From: Promethearchaeota archaeon
Lineage (GTDB): Archaea > Asgardarchaeota > Lokiarchaeia > Sigyniarchaeales > SOKP01
DNA length: 64,000 nt
Direction: 5' to 3'
Assembly (NCBI GenBank): GCA_048939995.1
Contig: JBHLOY010000010.1
Span: 64,001-128,000, forward strand
Shown: piece after piece, positions 40,251 to 49,720 of the stretch
How positions within the stretch are numbered: position 1 is the stretch's first letter
Layout of the letters: each line of letters starts with the position of its first letter
Notes under the pieces: model-generated
The model's input: the letters and a program-made list of their open reading frames with translations, nothing else
What the model was told of the DNA's origin: nothing
Database searches by the model: none
Program-made: the position numbers and the translations under genes

Positions 40251-40699
40251 CTCCTAGTTTTTTCACTTTCTTCTTGTGGGGTTAACCAATATTTCTGTAT
40301 AATTTCTCTAAATATTGTTAAATCTGGATTATCCTTCTCATTTAGAGATACAATATGGAATTTTTCTGTTTTTTTCTCAATATTGATATAGTTTTCTTTT
40401 TCTAGATATTCAAAAGCATGGAATAATTTCTCCAAACGATCAATATTCAAGCTATGCATAATGTCTGTTTTATTGATAACGGTATTCTCTTTCTGAAGTT
40501 TTGCTAAACTCATTAGTACTTGTCCCCCCCTAAGGGAAGCAATGTTAGTCAATTTGTCAAAAATTCTTGATATCACCTTCAATAAATTGTCAAAATCATT
40601 ATAGAAGTCAATTTTTCCTTCTCCTTTCAATTCTAACTTATCATTTATATTAGCTAAGCGGTATTTATTAACAAATTCTTGATATGAAAGTGTCATCAT
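40235..40699 (-). CDS. Winged-helix protein
   Basis: NKTDI..L..AFEYLEKENYINI..wing. Confidence 0.55.
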   Translation of the reverse strand: MMTLSYQEFVNKYRLANINDKLELKGEGKIDFYNDFDNLLKVISRIFDKLTNIASLRGGQVLMSLAKLQKENTVINKTDIMHSLNIDRLEKLFHAFEYLEKENYINIEKKTEKFHIVSLNEKDNPDLTIFREIIQKYWLTPQEESEKTRRWTGI

Positions 40700-40892
40700 A
40701 TAATGTATGTCTTACCTCTTATAAAAAAATACCATTTTATTAAACTTAATTACTGAAAGGGATACTTTTAATACTATACTACGGGATTATTGTAATACTT
40801 TTCCGAGTATTATTTTCAATAATAGGATTTAGGTTCTTTTTTCAACTAATAGAAAGAAAATTAAAAAAAAAAAAAATTAGTTATTTTATATT

Positions 40893-42587
40893 CTATGCTC
40901 TATATGTAGGATAAAATCTTAAAGCTCCATAGGCATTATACCATAATCCTTGAATGTCTGCCGAGTGAACTGTTGTTACTTTTCCGTGATAGCCAAAGCA
41001 ATGAGGATATAATCGATTGGCTAAATACCATTGAATATTTTTATAGATATTGTTTCTAGCAGTATCGTCTGTAGTGGCTAAGGCAGTCGCCATCATATTA
41101 TTTAACTTTGTATCATCAACTTGAGCAGAGTTAGCATATGATCCAGGATTAAATAATGGATCAAGCATGTTAAATGGATCCTTATAATCTGGACCCCATC
41201 CGATCCAAAATAGGCCTAATTCATCGTAATCGCCAAATAGCTTTCTGAGATAAGCACTCCAGGTTACGCCATCGTCAACCACACTTATACCTATAGCTGG
41301 AAGCCAATTATACAGAGCATCAAACAAATCTTCTCTCATAGAGTTTCCCACATTATAAGTATAGTTAACAGTAAACAAAGTTGCTCCTTGCCATGTAGCA
41401 TCAAGAGGGTCATTATTTACTGGAAACCCAGAAGCTGCAGGGACAGTGTCAACAATAGTTTGCCGAGCAGTTATCAAGTCGTAATCTGCTGCAACATTGG
41501 AAGAATTATATGGCGCTCCATAGCCAGGAGAGACAGGTCCATTTGCTCTAACTGCTAAACCAGCCATTATTTCTTCAATAATGTAGGTATAGTTAATAGC
41601 ATAGGAGATTGCTTTTCTCCAGTTAAGGGGAATATCCAAGGTATTCATACCAAGATACTGGTATCCTAAACCAGGAATGCCAGTATCATCAGTAAAGTGC
41701 TTGGCTGTAATGCTTGGTTCTGCATCATAGGTTGTAATTAATGAAGGGATAATACCTTGTATCCAGTCGATTTCATGCCCTAACATAGCGTTGTTTCGCG
41801 TGGTAGGATCATTAATGAATACCATAACTACTTGTTCCCAGAAAGGTGCTCCTCTCCAATAGTATTCAAAACCCCCAAGTCTCACTTCGACGTTTGGAAC
41901 ATAGTATTCGTAAACAAAGGGACCAGTTCCAATAAGTCTTCCATAAGTGAGTGAGATAAAGTCATCCTCTGGAGTTGAAGTTGGAGATAACATAGCACCT
42001 GCAACATAGCATAATAAGTCTATAAAAGGAGCATAAGGAGCATTTAGAGTAATTGTAACATTATAAGCCCCATCGGAAACGACATTATTTATGATAGGAG
42101 TTACTCCATCCGGGAAGAAGTATAATGAGGATGGATCTCCAGGAACCATTGTATCGGGAAGTGTTCCAGTACAATTGCTTAAATACAACAGTCTGTCTAA
42201 GTTCCATTTAGTTGCATTGGCATCAAAAGGAGTTAAATCGTGAAATACGATACCTTGTCTAACTTGTATGTGAAGGATTGTATCAGATTCCCACCAATAA
42301 CTTTGAGCAAGGAGGTTATATCGAGGTAGAGCATAATCAGACCAATTATAAGTAAAAAGGGTTTCAACTACTTGTTCAAGTACGTTATTAGAAGCCTGAT
42401 CCCATGAGTTTGCAGGATCAAGGACGTGAGGCGGTGATGCGCTACCGAATACAAGGCTTACATTTGGTGGCGCAACGAATTGAGCACCTTGAAGTCCAAG
42501 TATAATGTTACCTACTCCCGATGCCGCTAAGGCAATAGCGAGTACGATAATGGCTACATTTTTTTTTTCCATTTCCATTTTTTTCAC
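40893..42587 (-). CDS. ABC transporter solute-binding protein, family 5 (DppA/OppA-like)
   Basis: LDPA, VETLF, RQGIVFHD..FDA, IGTGPF, RKAISYAIN, GWGPDY.DP. Confidence 0.92.
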   Translation of the reverse strand: MKKMEMEKKNVAIIVLAIALAASGVGNIILGLQGAQFVAPPNVSLVFGSASPPHVLDPANSWDQASNNVLEQVVETLFTYNWSDYALPRYNLLAQSYWWESDTILHIQVRQGIVFHDLTPFDANATKWNLDRLLYLSNCTGTLPDTMVPGDPSSLYFFPDGVTPIINNVVSDGAYNVTITLNAPYAPFIDLLCYVAGAMLSPTSTPEDDFISLTYGRLIGTGPFVYEYYVPNVEVRLGGFEYYWRGAPFWEQVVMVFINDPTTRNNAMLGHEIDWIQGIIPSLITTYDAEPSITAKHFTDDTGIPGLGYQYLGMNTLDIPLNWRKAISYAINYTYIIEEIMAGLAVRANGPVSPGYGAPYNSSNVAADYDLITARQTIVDTVPAASGFPVNNDPLDATWQGATLFTVNYTYNVGNSMREDLFDALYNWLPAIGISVVDDGVTWSAYLRKLFGDYDELGLFWIGWGPDYKDPFNMLDPLFNPGSYANSAQVDDTKLNNMMATALATTDDTARNNIYKNIQWYLANRLYPHCFGYHGKVTTVHSADIQGLWYNAYGALRFYPTYRA

Positions 42588-42772
42588 TTAACTTTGAATT
42601 GATTTTTTTAATAGATAAGTACTTAAATTACTAACTAAATTTGTAAACTTATAAGTCTTGCTCTTCAAATACGGCACTGAATACATACTTTATGTAATAC
42701 AACTCATATAATATGTAAATGACTCCAGTTAGTGACCATCTCCTTTTAAATACTATTTTATTTATAATTAAT

Positions 42773-42898
42773 TGAAGAAAAAAGCGACATTTTTCTTTCC
42801 GTAGGATTTAAATAGAGAGCTTAGACCAAAGAAAAATTAACCGCACTATTTAAATCCTATTTTATCTTAAACCTTATCGGATGTCTTTATAAATTTTC
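42773..42898 (-). promoter_or_regulatory. BRE/TATA-like promoter, then hairpin and T-tract (leader RNA or operator pair), copy 1
   Basis: Minus-strand GAAAATTTATAAAG 42898-42885; 14-bp inverted repeat 42802-15 / 42846-59; conserved in copy 2. Confidence 0.55.
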
Positions 42899-43045
42899 AT
42901 ATACGAAAATGATTAGTTTCACAATTATAATTAAGAGGATCAAAATTCGAAATTTAAAGTAAATTTTTCCTCGCAGAAAAAGCTGATTTCAAATAGTTTC
43001 TTAACGAATATAATATAAAAAAAAAAAAAGTTAATTATTTTGAAT

Positions 43046-44740
43046 CTATACCCTGTAAGTAGGATAGAATCTTAGATTACCCTGAGCATTATACCATAAC
43101 CCTTGAATATCTGCTGAGTGAACCGTAACAATTTTTCCGTGGTATCCAAAGCAGTGAGGATATAATCGATTGGCTAAATACCATTGAATATTTTTATAAA
43201 TAACACTTCTTGCTGTATCATCTGTAGTGGCTAGGGCAGTTGACATCATAGAGTTTAACTTTGCATCATTAACTTGAGCAGAGTTAGCATATGATGCTGG
43301 ATTGAATAATGGATCAAGCATATTATATGGATCTAGATAATCTGGACCCCATCCGATCCAATATAGCCCTAATTCATCGTAATCGCCAAATAGCTTTCTG
43401 AGAAAAGCGGCCCAGGTTACGCCATCGTCTACCACACTTATACCTATAGCTGGAAGCCAATTATACAGAGCATCGAACATATCTTCTCTCATAGAGTTAC
43501 CGATATTATATGTATAATTAACAGTAAACAAAGTAGCTCCTTGCCAAGTGGGATCAAGAGGGTCACTATTTACTGGAAACCCAGAAGCTGCACCGACAGT
43601 GTCAACAATAGTTTGTCGAGCAGTTATTAAATCATAATCTGCAGCAACATTAGAAGTATTATATGGAGCCCCGTAACCAGGAGAGATAGGTCCATTTGCC
43701 CTTACGGCTAATCCTGCCATTATTTCTTCAATGATATATGTATAATTAATAGCATAGGAGATAGCTTTTCTCCAATTAAGGGGAATATCCAAGTTATTCA
43801 TACCTAAGTATTGGTATCCTAAGCCAGGGATACCATATACGTCAGTAAAATGCATGGCAGTAATAGTTGGATCCGCATTATAGGTTGAAATTAATGAAGG
43901 TATAATTCCTTGAATCCAATCAATTTCATGGCCCAACATAGCGTTGTTTCGGGTGGTAGGATCATTGATAAATACCATAACTACTTCTTCGAAAAAAGCT
44001 GGACTTTGCCAGTAATAATCAAAACGACCAAATCTTACTTCGACGTTTGGAACATAATATTCATAAACAAAAGGACCAGTTCCAATAAGTCTTCCGTATG
44101 TAAGTGAGATAAAATCATCATCAGGAGTAGATGTGGGAGATAATATAGAGCCAGCAGTATAGCATAATAAGTCTATAAAGGGAGCATAAGGAGCATTCAG
44201 GGTGATTGTAACATTATAAGCTCCATCAGACACTACGTTATTTATGATAGGAGTTACTCCATCAGGGAAAAAGTATAATGAGGAGGGATCTCCAGGAACC
44301 ATTGTATCGGGAAGTGTTCCAGTACAATTGCTTAAATACAATAGTCTGTCTAAGTTCCATTTGGTTGCATTAGCGTCAAAAGGGGTTAAATCATGAAACA
44401 CAATACCTTCTCTAACTTTTATGTGAAGGATTGTATCTGATTCCCACCAATAATTTTGAGCAAGAAGGTTTATTCTAGGTAGAGAATGATCGGAATAATT
44501 GTATGTAAAAAGAGTTTCGACTACTTGTTCAAGTACGTTATTAGACGATTGATCCCATGCGTTTGCAGGATCAAGAGTGGCAGGTGGTGATGCTTGACTG
44601 AATATGAGGCTTACATTTGGTGGTGCAACGAATTGAGCACCTTGAAGGCCAAGTATAATGTTACCGATTCCAGATGCTGCCAAAGCAATAGCGAGTACAA
44701 TAATAGCTACATTTTTTTTCTCCATTTCCATGTTTTTCAC
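43046..44740 (-). CDS. ABC transporter solute-binding protein, family 5, tandem paralogue
   Basis: Same length (564 aa) and highly similar to 40893-42587. Confidence 0.92.
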   Translation of the reverse strand: MKNMEMEKKNVAIIVLAIALAASGIGNIILGLQGAQFVAPPNVSLIFSQASPPATLDPANAWDQSSNNVLEQVVETLFTYNYSDHSLPRINLLAQNYWWESDTILHIKVREGIVFHDLTPFDANATKWNLDRLLYLSNCTGTLPDTMVPGDPSSLYFFPDGVTPIINNVVSDGAYNVTITLNAPYAPFIDLLCYTAGSILSPTSTPDDDFISLTYGRLIGTGPFVYEYYVPNVEVRFGRFDYYWQSPAFFEEVVMVFINDPTTRNNAMLGHEIDWIQGIIPSLISTYNADPTITAMHFTDVYGIPGLGYQYLGMNNLDIPLNWRKAISYAINYTYIIEEIMAGLAVRANGPISPGYGAPYNTSNVAADYDLITARQTIVDTVGAASGFPVNSDPLDPTWQGATLFTVNYTYNIGNSMREDMFDALYNWLPAIGISVVDDGVTWAAFLRKLFGDYDELGLYWIGWGPDYLDPYNMLDPLFNPASYANSAQVNDAKLNSMMSTALATTDDTARSVIYKNIQWYLANRLYPHCFGYHGKIVTVHSADIQGLWYNAQGNLRFYPTYRV

Positions 44741-44931
44741 TTAATTTTCTTGTTTTGTTTTTTTAATAAATATATAGTTAAATTACTAGCTGAAAACGTA
44801 AACTTATAAGCTTTCCTCAGTAGAGTCTGACAAAGAATACATAGATTATGTAATTCTATTCATATCGTGTGTAATTGACTCCAAATAGTAGACAATGTTC
44901 TTTTTAAATACAGTTTTCCTATTAATTAATT

Positions 44932-45069
44932 GAAGAAAAAAAGCGACATTTTTCTTTCCATAGGATTTAGATAGAGAGCACAAAACAAATAAAGCGAATG
45001 AAGAAAAGTACTTATCCTATTTAAATCCTATTTTTATCCAGATTTTAGGAAGTTTCTTTATAAGTTTTC
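44932..45069 (-). promoter_or_regulatory. BRE/TATA-like promoter, then hairpin and T-tract, copy 2
   Basis: Minus-strand GAAAACTTATAAAG 45069-45056; inverted repeat 44960-74 / 45017-31 with 1 mismatch. Confidence 0.55.
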
Positions 45070-45304
45070 CTAAGTCATATCCCTCCGAGTATGAGGAATA
45101 ATACATTCATTATGTATTCCAACTTAGGATTTATGTATTTGATTCCATTAGACAAACATCTCTTCTTTTATAGTAGCTCTAATAAAATATAATCAATAGA
45201 AAAACAATGGGAAAACACTCCCGAGTTATGATTAAAGAGAAATATTTTCAACACAATCAAAAAAACCTTTTTAATAGCACTAGTTTTGATATTTCTCATA
45301 AAAT

Positions 45305-45538
45305 GTGGAGGGGATAATAATAAAAACAAAAGCATGTTTTAGAACTTTTGAGGAAATGTGTTTGGAAAAATTAGCTGAAATTGGTATAGCTTCCGCCGAA
45401 GAATGGGCTTCTGCTATGGGATATGAGTATCGTGCTTCCTTGAATAAAGTTATCAGAAGAATAAAAGAGAAATACCCTCATAAAATTAAAATCTATTACG
45501 AAAAAAAACCCCGGAAATATGAAGCTTTAATCAAATAA
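45305..45538 (+). CDS. Small HTH/winged-helix-like protein
   Basis: SAEEWASAMGY..SLNKVIRRI..KPRKY. Confidence 0.55.
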   Translation: MEGIIIKTKACFRTFEEMCLEKLAEIGIASAEEWASAMGYEYRASLNKVIRRIKEKYPHKIKIYYEKKPRKYEALIK

Positions 45539-45552
45539 TCTAATTTTTTCTT

Positions 45553-46404
45553 TCATTTTTTATATAAATTTAAGTTGGAAATAATAGAATTCAATTTTGA
45601 AAACACCCCCATCGTCAGACTTAATTCCTTTTTTGTTATGATTGCTCTTTCAAAAATATTTTTAAATGCGAAAAGTACATTCTCCTTTTTATGAGTTCTA
45701 ATCTTTAACTCCTTTATTAAATTTTCGATGATAGAATAGAAAATTAAGCGATCTTCCTTATCAGCTAATACAATAGGATTTATTCCTCTTCCCAAGGTAA
45801 TATAATTAATTTTTTTAAAAATCTCATAAAGAACAATTCCACAGGCATGAGAAAGGTTTAATGAAGGGTATATATTCCCCGTTGGAATACGTAACAAGAT
45901 ATCTGCAATCTCTATTTCTTGGTTGGTTAAACCCCTTGATTCTTTCCCAAATAATATTGCAATTTTGAGGGGCTTATCCGATATTGGAAAATCTAAATCG
46001 TCAGGGAAAATTGCAATTCGTCTAATATTTCGATAACTCTTTCCTTTTGAAGTCGTAGCAATGACTAAATCGTAATGCGCCATTAAAGTTTTAAGTCTTG
46101 AGAAATGTTCTTCTTGATTTTCTAGAGATATTATATTAGAATTTAGGAGGATATCTTTTCCGTGCATTGCAAATCCTTGTGTTTCATAACTAAATATAGT
46201 ATCTTCATTTTCTACTGGATTAAAGATAATTAAATTATTGAAATTAAAATTCTTCATTACTCGAGCAATTGATCCAATATTACCTGAACTTTCAGGTCGA
46301 ACAAGTACTATTGTAAAGCTGATATTGGAATATTGTTCATATATTTTAATTTTCTGAAATGAATTGATTGCGGTTCTTAAATTTTTCTTATTTATGGAAA
46401 TCAC
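45553..46404 (-). CDS. trmJ: TrmJ/TrmH-family SPOUT RNA methyltransferase
   Basis: VLVRPE..GNIGSIARVMKNF, FGKESRGLTN, YPSLNLSHA. Confidence 0.88.
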   Translation of the reverse strand: MISINKKNLRTAINSFQKIKIYEQYSNISFTIVLVRPESSGNIGSIARVMKNFNFNNLIIFNPVENEDTIFSYETQGFAMHGKDILLNSNIISLENQEEHFSRLKTLMAHYDLVIATTSKGKSYRNIRRIAIFPDDLDFPISDKPLKIAILFGKESRGLTNQEIEIADILLRIPTGNIYPSLNLSHACGIVLYEIFKKINYITLGRGINPIVLADKEDRLIFYSIIENLIKELKIRTHKKENVLFAFKNIFERAIITKKELSLTMGVFSKLNSIISNLNLYKK

Positions 46405-46798
46405 TTCCTATTTAAATGATCCAATAAATACCAGAAGAAGGATTAATTTAAAAAATTGATATTTAATTTTTATAGATTTCTAGTCTTTTCTTTTTTTTTT
46501 AGATGCAGTTTTTCTATTTCAAGCTTAATTTCTTTACACATTTCCTTCGTAATTGGGAAAGGCTTCTTATGAGAATTTGAGAGCCATTTTGAGAGCAACT
46601 AAAATCTCTGGGAAATATCCAATAAAGGAATAGCTGGATGCTTAATCCTTTTTTTTTTTTATGAATTTAAGATGTAATATATAAATAGGTGAAAAATTTT
46701 TATTATTTATATAAAAAAATACATCTGGATCTATTAAAAGTAAGAATAATTGAGAATTTTATTGAAAATTTAATCTTAGCCATAATAAACTGATCAAA

Positions 46799-47392
46799 AT
46801 GCTGAGTCCTGAAAGAATAATCCAAAATCTAGAATTTATTAATATTAGTACTGATGAATTCACAATTTTTGAATGGAAACCACCAAGATCATTCAAAAGC
46901 TTCGTTTTAGATCTAAATATTTTGAAACAAAATCCTTCTAGCGATATATTCTTTCACTTACATAAAGGGAATATGAAAATCGCTTATATAAGAATGGAAA
47001 ATCTTATATATTCAGCAGGTTCTGATACAGAAATTCAATTTCAATTATTGGAAGCGTTAATTGAGGAAATAGCAAAAAAGTTTCTTGAAAGGTATGATAT
47101 TGAATCATATTTATCATATGGCAAATTTTCATCTAATTTATTCGATGATTTTAAACCATTTGTTAAAAACATAATATTCAATTTTAAATCTCTTGATCTA
47201 GTGAAAGAGATAAAAGTCCCATGTGCTGTTTGTGACAAAGTATTACCTCTGATTATAAAGAAGAGTTTTATTGAAAAAGCAGATTCTTATCCAGTTCCTA
47301 TTGTCTATAGTCATTTAGGACACTCTATCCTTTGCTTTATTGATGTGAACTACAATGTACGGGGCGTAGAATTAGTAAATATAACAGGTTAA
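46799..47392 (+). CDS. Hypothetical protein, possible longin-like N-terminus plus C-terminal CxxC/H-H Zn domain
   Basis: CAVC..YPVPIVYSH.GH..FIDVNY.VRG. Confidence 0.55.
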   Translation: MLSPERIIQNLEFINISTDEFTIFEWKPPRSFKSFVLDLNILKQNPSSDIFFHLHKGNMKIAYIRMENLIYSAGSDTEIQFQLLEALIEEIAKKFLERYDIESYLSYGKFSSNLFDDFKPFVKNIIFNFKSLDLVKEIKVPCAVCDKVLPLIIKKSFIEKADSYPVPIVYSHLGHSILCFIDVNYNVRGVELVNITG

Positions 47393-47413
47393 TGACATTA
47401 ATATTGATTTTTT

Positions 47414-48460
47414 ATGACAGAAAATAATAATCAGGATGACAAGAATTTATTTGAGGATATAATTAAAAAAACTAAAACTGGAATAACCTTCCCAAAAGAT
47501 TTAAGAGAAAGTTTATTTCAAGAGGATAAAGAAGTATATTTTCGGATTATTGTTCCAAAAGAGAAAGATAAGATCATCTTGGAGATTGTCGAACAAGAGG
47601 AAGTGAAGGAAATAACACAGAAGCTAAAAGAGAAAAAGCCAAAAGCATCACTCGAAAACTTAAAAGAATTACCCGAGAAGCACTTAAGTTATAGTCCTAA
47701 TTGGGCTAATTATTTTGTATATGATTTTAAAAACTTGGAAAAGGTAAAACCAATTTTAGAATCAGCATTCTATAAGTTTGCAGAAAAACCGATTAACTTA
47801 GAAGATGCTATGGGTCGAGTCAAATATGCCCTAGTATCTTTCTTGACATCTACTAAAACAGAAAATGCTAAGTTATATTATTCAGTTATTAGATTTCTGC
47901 TAGATATAATCGAAAAATTTAATCAACCGAACTTATTAGATTGGATTTTTGAAAAGGTGATCCCTAATATTGAGAGCAAATTTCTTTATGAATTAGCTCT
48001 CTTAGACATTATTGAAATATCGCTCAAAACAAAAAGATGGGAAAAGGCAGAACTCTATATTTTTTATGTATTAAAGAATATAGATGAATATCCTAGTTCT
48101 GAAATGTATAATATTATGAATAGTTTTAAGCAACTAGTTAAGAAAGTAAAAGATGTAGAGCGAAGTAATAAAATAGACATATTACTTAAAGAAAAACTAA
48201 TGGAATATGCTAAAAATATTATTAAGGAAGACATCGATTACAAGATTCAATTAATAGAGTTTCTAGAGGATTTACAATATATTGAACTTGCATACAACCT
48301 AGCAAAGGAACTAAAAGATAGTCTACCTCCTGAAAGTGTCAGGAATGATGAAATCCGTAAAATTGTAAAGAGGTTATATATAGCCCCTATTGCTGAAAAT
48401 AAGCCAGAATCTAGCTTGGATTTTGAAGAAATTAAAGAGGAGAAGGAAGAAATAAAATAA
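47414..48460 (+). CDS. AbrB/SpoVT-like N-terminus plus alpha-solenoid protein
   Basis: GITFPKDLRESL..VYF..DKIILE, then helical repeats. Confidence 0.5.
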   Translation: MTENNNQDDKNLFEDIIKKTKTGITFPKDLRESLFQEDKEVYFRIIVPKEKDKIILEIVEQEEVKEITQKLKEKKPKASLENLKELPEKHLSYSPNWANYFVYDFKNLEKVKPILESAFYKFAEKPINLEDAMGRVKYALVSFLTSTKTENAKLYYSVIRFLLDIIEKFNQPNLLDWIFEKVIPNIESKFLYELALLDIIEISLKTKRWEKAELYIFYVLKNIDEYPSSEMYNIMNSFKQLVKKVKDVERSNKIDILLKEKLMEYAKNIIKEDIDYKIQLIEFLEDLQYIELAYNLAKELKDSLPPESVRNDEIRKIVKRLYIAPIAENKPESSLDFEEIKEEKEEIK

Positions 48461-48463
48461 GAG

Positions 48464-49711
48464 TCACGATTTAGAATTATCTCTTTCTTGTTTTTCTTCT
48501 AAATCTTTAATCCGTTTTTCCATTCTTTTTAACTCATCTTCTACAATTTTTTGCTTTTGTTCTTCAATTTTCTTTTGTTGCAATTCTAATTCCACTACAG
48601 AAAGTTGACTCTCTTTTTGAATTAATTCCTCTCTACGTTTAAGCATTTCTTCTTTTTTCAATATCTCTAGTTCTTGGATTTCTTTTTCTTTTGAATCTAA
48701 TTCTAATTTTTTTTTTTTTAGTTCTAACTCTTTTTGCCTGAGTTCAATTTCTTTATCTAAAATTTCAGATTCTTCTTTTTGTATTTTTTTTTTAATTTTC
48801 TTAGGAATATCAGCTAATTCTTTTTCAGATCTTATTAACATTTCTTTATCAATTATTTCTTCCTTCATTTTTAGGGCTTGATCTTTTTCAATGATAATTT
48901 TTTCTTCTAATTCCTTTTCTCTCTGTTCCAATTCTAATTTTTTTTTTTTTAATTCAAGTTCTTTCTTTTTCAATTCAATTTCGCGATCAATTATTTCTGT
49001 TTCTTCATCTTCTAATTTTTGCTTTTCGGATATTTCCTTTCCCTCATCTTCAACAATTTCTTCAATTTTTTCAATTGATACAATTGATTTTAAGATATTG
49101 TCTACTGAGGTTTTAATTTTATCATCTTCAGGATTTTGCTTAGCATAATTCTTAATCACTTTTGTTACCATGGATGGATTATTTTTACCTATGGCTTTTA
49201 GGGCCTGAATTGCCTTCTCCACTACAAAATCCTTTTGATCAGATAATTTTTCAGCAATTTTATTTATTAAGGATTCATTTTCAAGAGGAGTATCCCCTCC
49301 GGCCATAAAAATTATTAGTTGTAAATCTGCTTCACGTACATTTGGGTCTTCAGAGTCTAATAAATCTTCACTAAATGGGAAAAATAAATCTTGTTCATTC
49401 TCACATATAGATTTAAGTAAAAGCAAGAATGAATAACGTAAAACAGAATCTCTTTTCGATAAATTTTCTAATAATGAAGGGATATCAATAATTAACTGTT
49501 CTATTAGAAATCTTAATACTGTACGACCTCCATGCAGAGTTAAAAGAGTCTCTATAATATCCTCCAAACGGTCTAGGTAATCCTCATCAGTAGAATCACC
49601 TAAATAAAGAGCAATTATTTTTGATGCGTCATCAAATCTTTCATCCTTGATAAAATCTTTAATCTTTAAAATTTCTGGATTTTCTTGTTCCTTTTCACTC
49701 ATAATATTCAC
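48464..49711 (-). CDS. HEAT-repeat plus long E/K coiled-coil protein
   Basis: DSEDPNVRE, DQKDFVVEKAIQALKAI; duplicated ELELKKKKLEL coil. Confidence 0.75.
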   Translation of the reverse strand: MNIMSEKEQENPEILKIKDFIKDERFDDASKIIALYLGDSTDEDYLDRLEDIIETLLTLHGGRTVLRFLIEQLIIDIPSLLENLSKRDSVLRYSFLLLLKSICENEQDLFFPFSEDLLDSEDPNVREADLQLIIFMAGGDTPLENESLINKIAEKLSDQKDFVVEKAIQALKAIGKNNPSMVTKVIKNYAKQNPEDDKIKTSVDNILKSIVSIEKIEEIVEDEGKEISEKQKLEDEETEIIDREIELKKKELELKKKKLELEQREKELEEKIIIEKDQALKMKEEIIDKEMLIRSEKELADIPKKIKKKIQKEESEILDKEIELRQKELELKKKKLELDSKEKEIQELEILKKEEMLKRREELIQKESQLSVVELELQQKKIEEQKQKIVEDELKRMEKRIKDLEEKQERDNSKS

Positions 49712-49720
49712 CTTTTATAA

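Noticed and set aside
46470-46598. 42-aa minus-strand ORF or structured RNA upstream of trmJ
   Set aside because: TTG start right after a stop, no family similarity, and only short hairpins; insufficient support.
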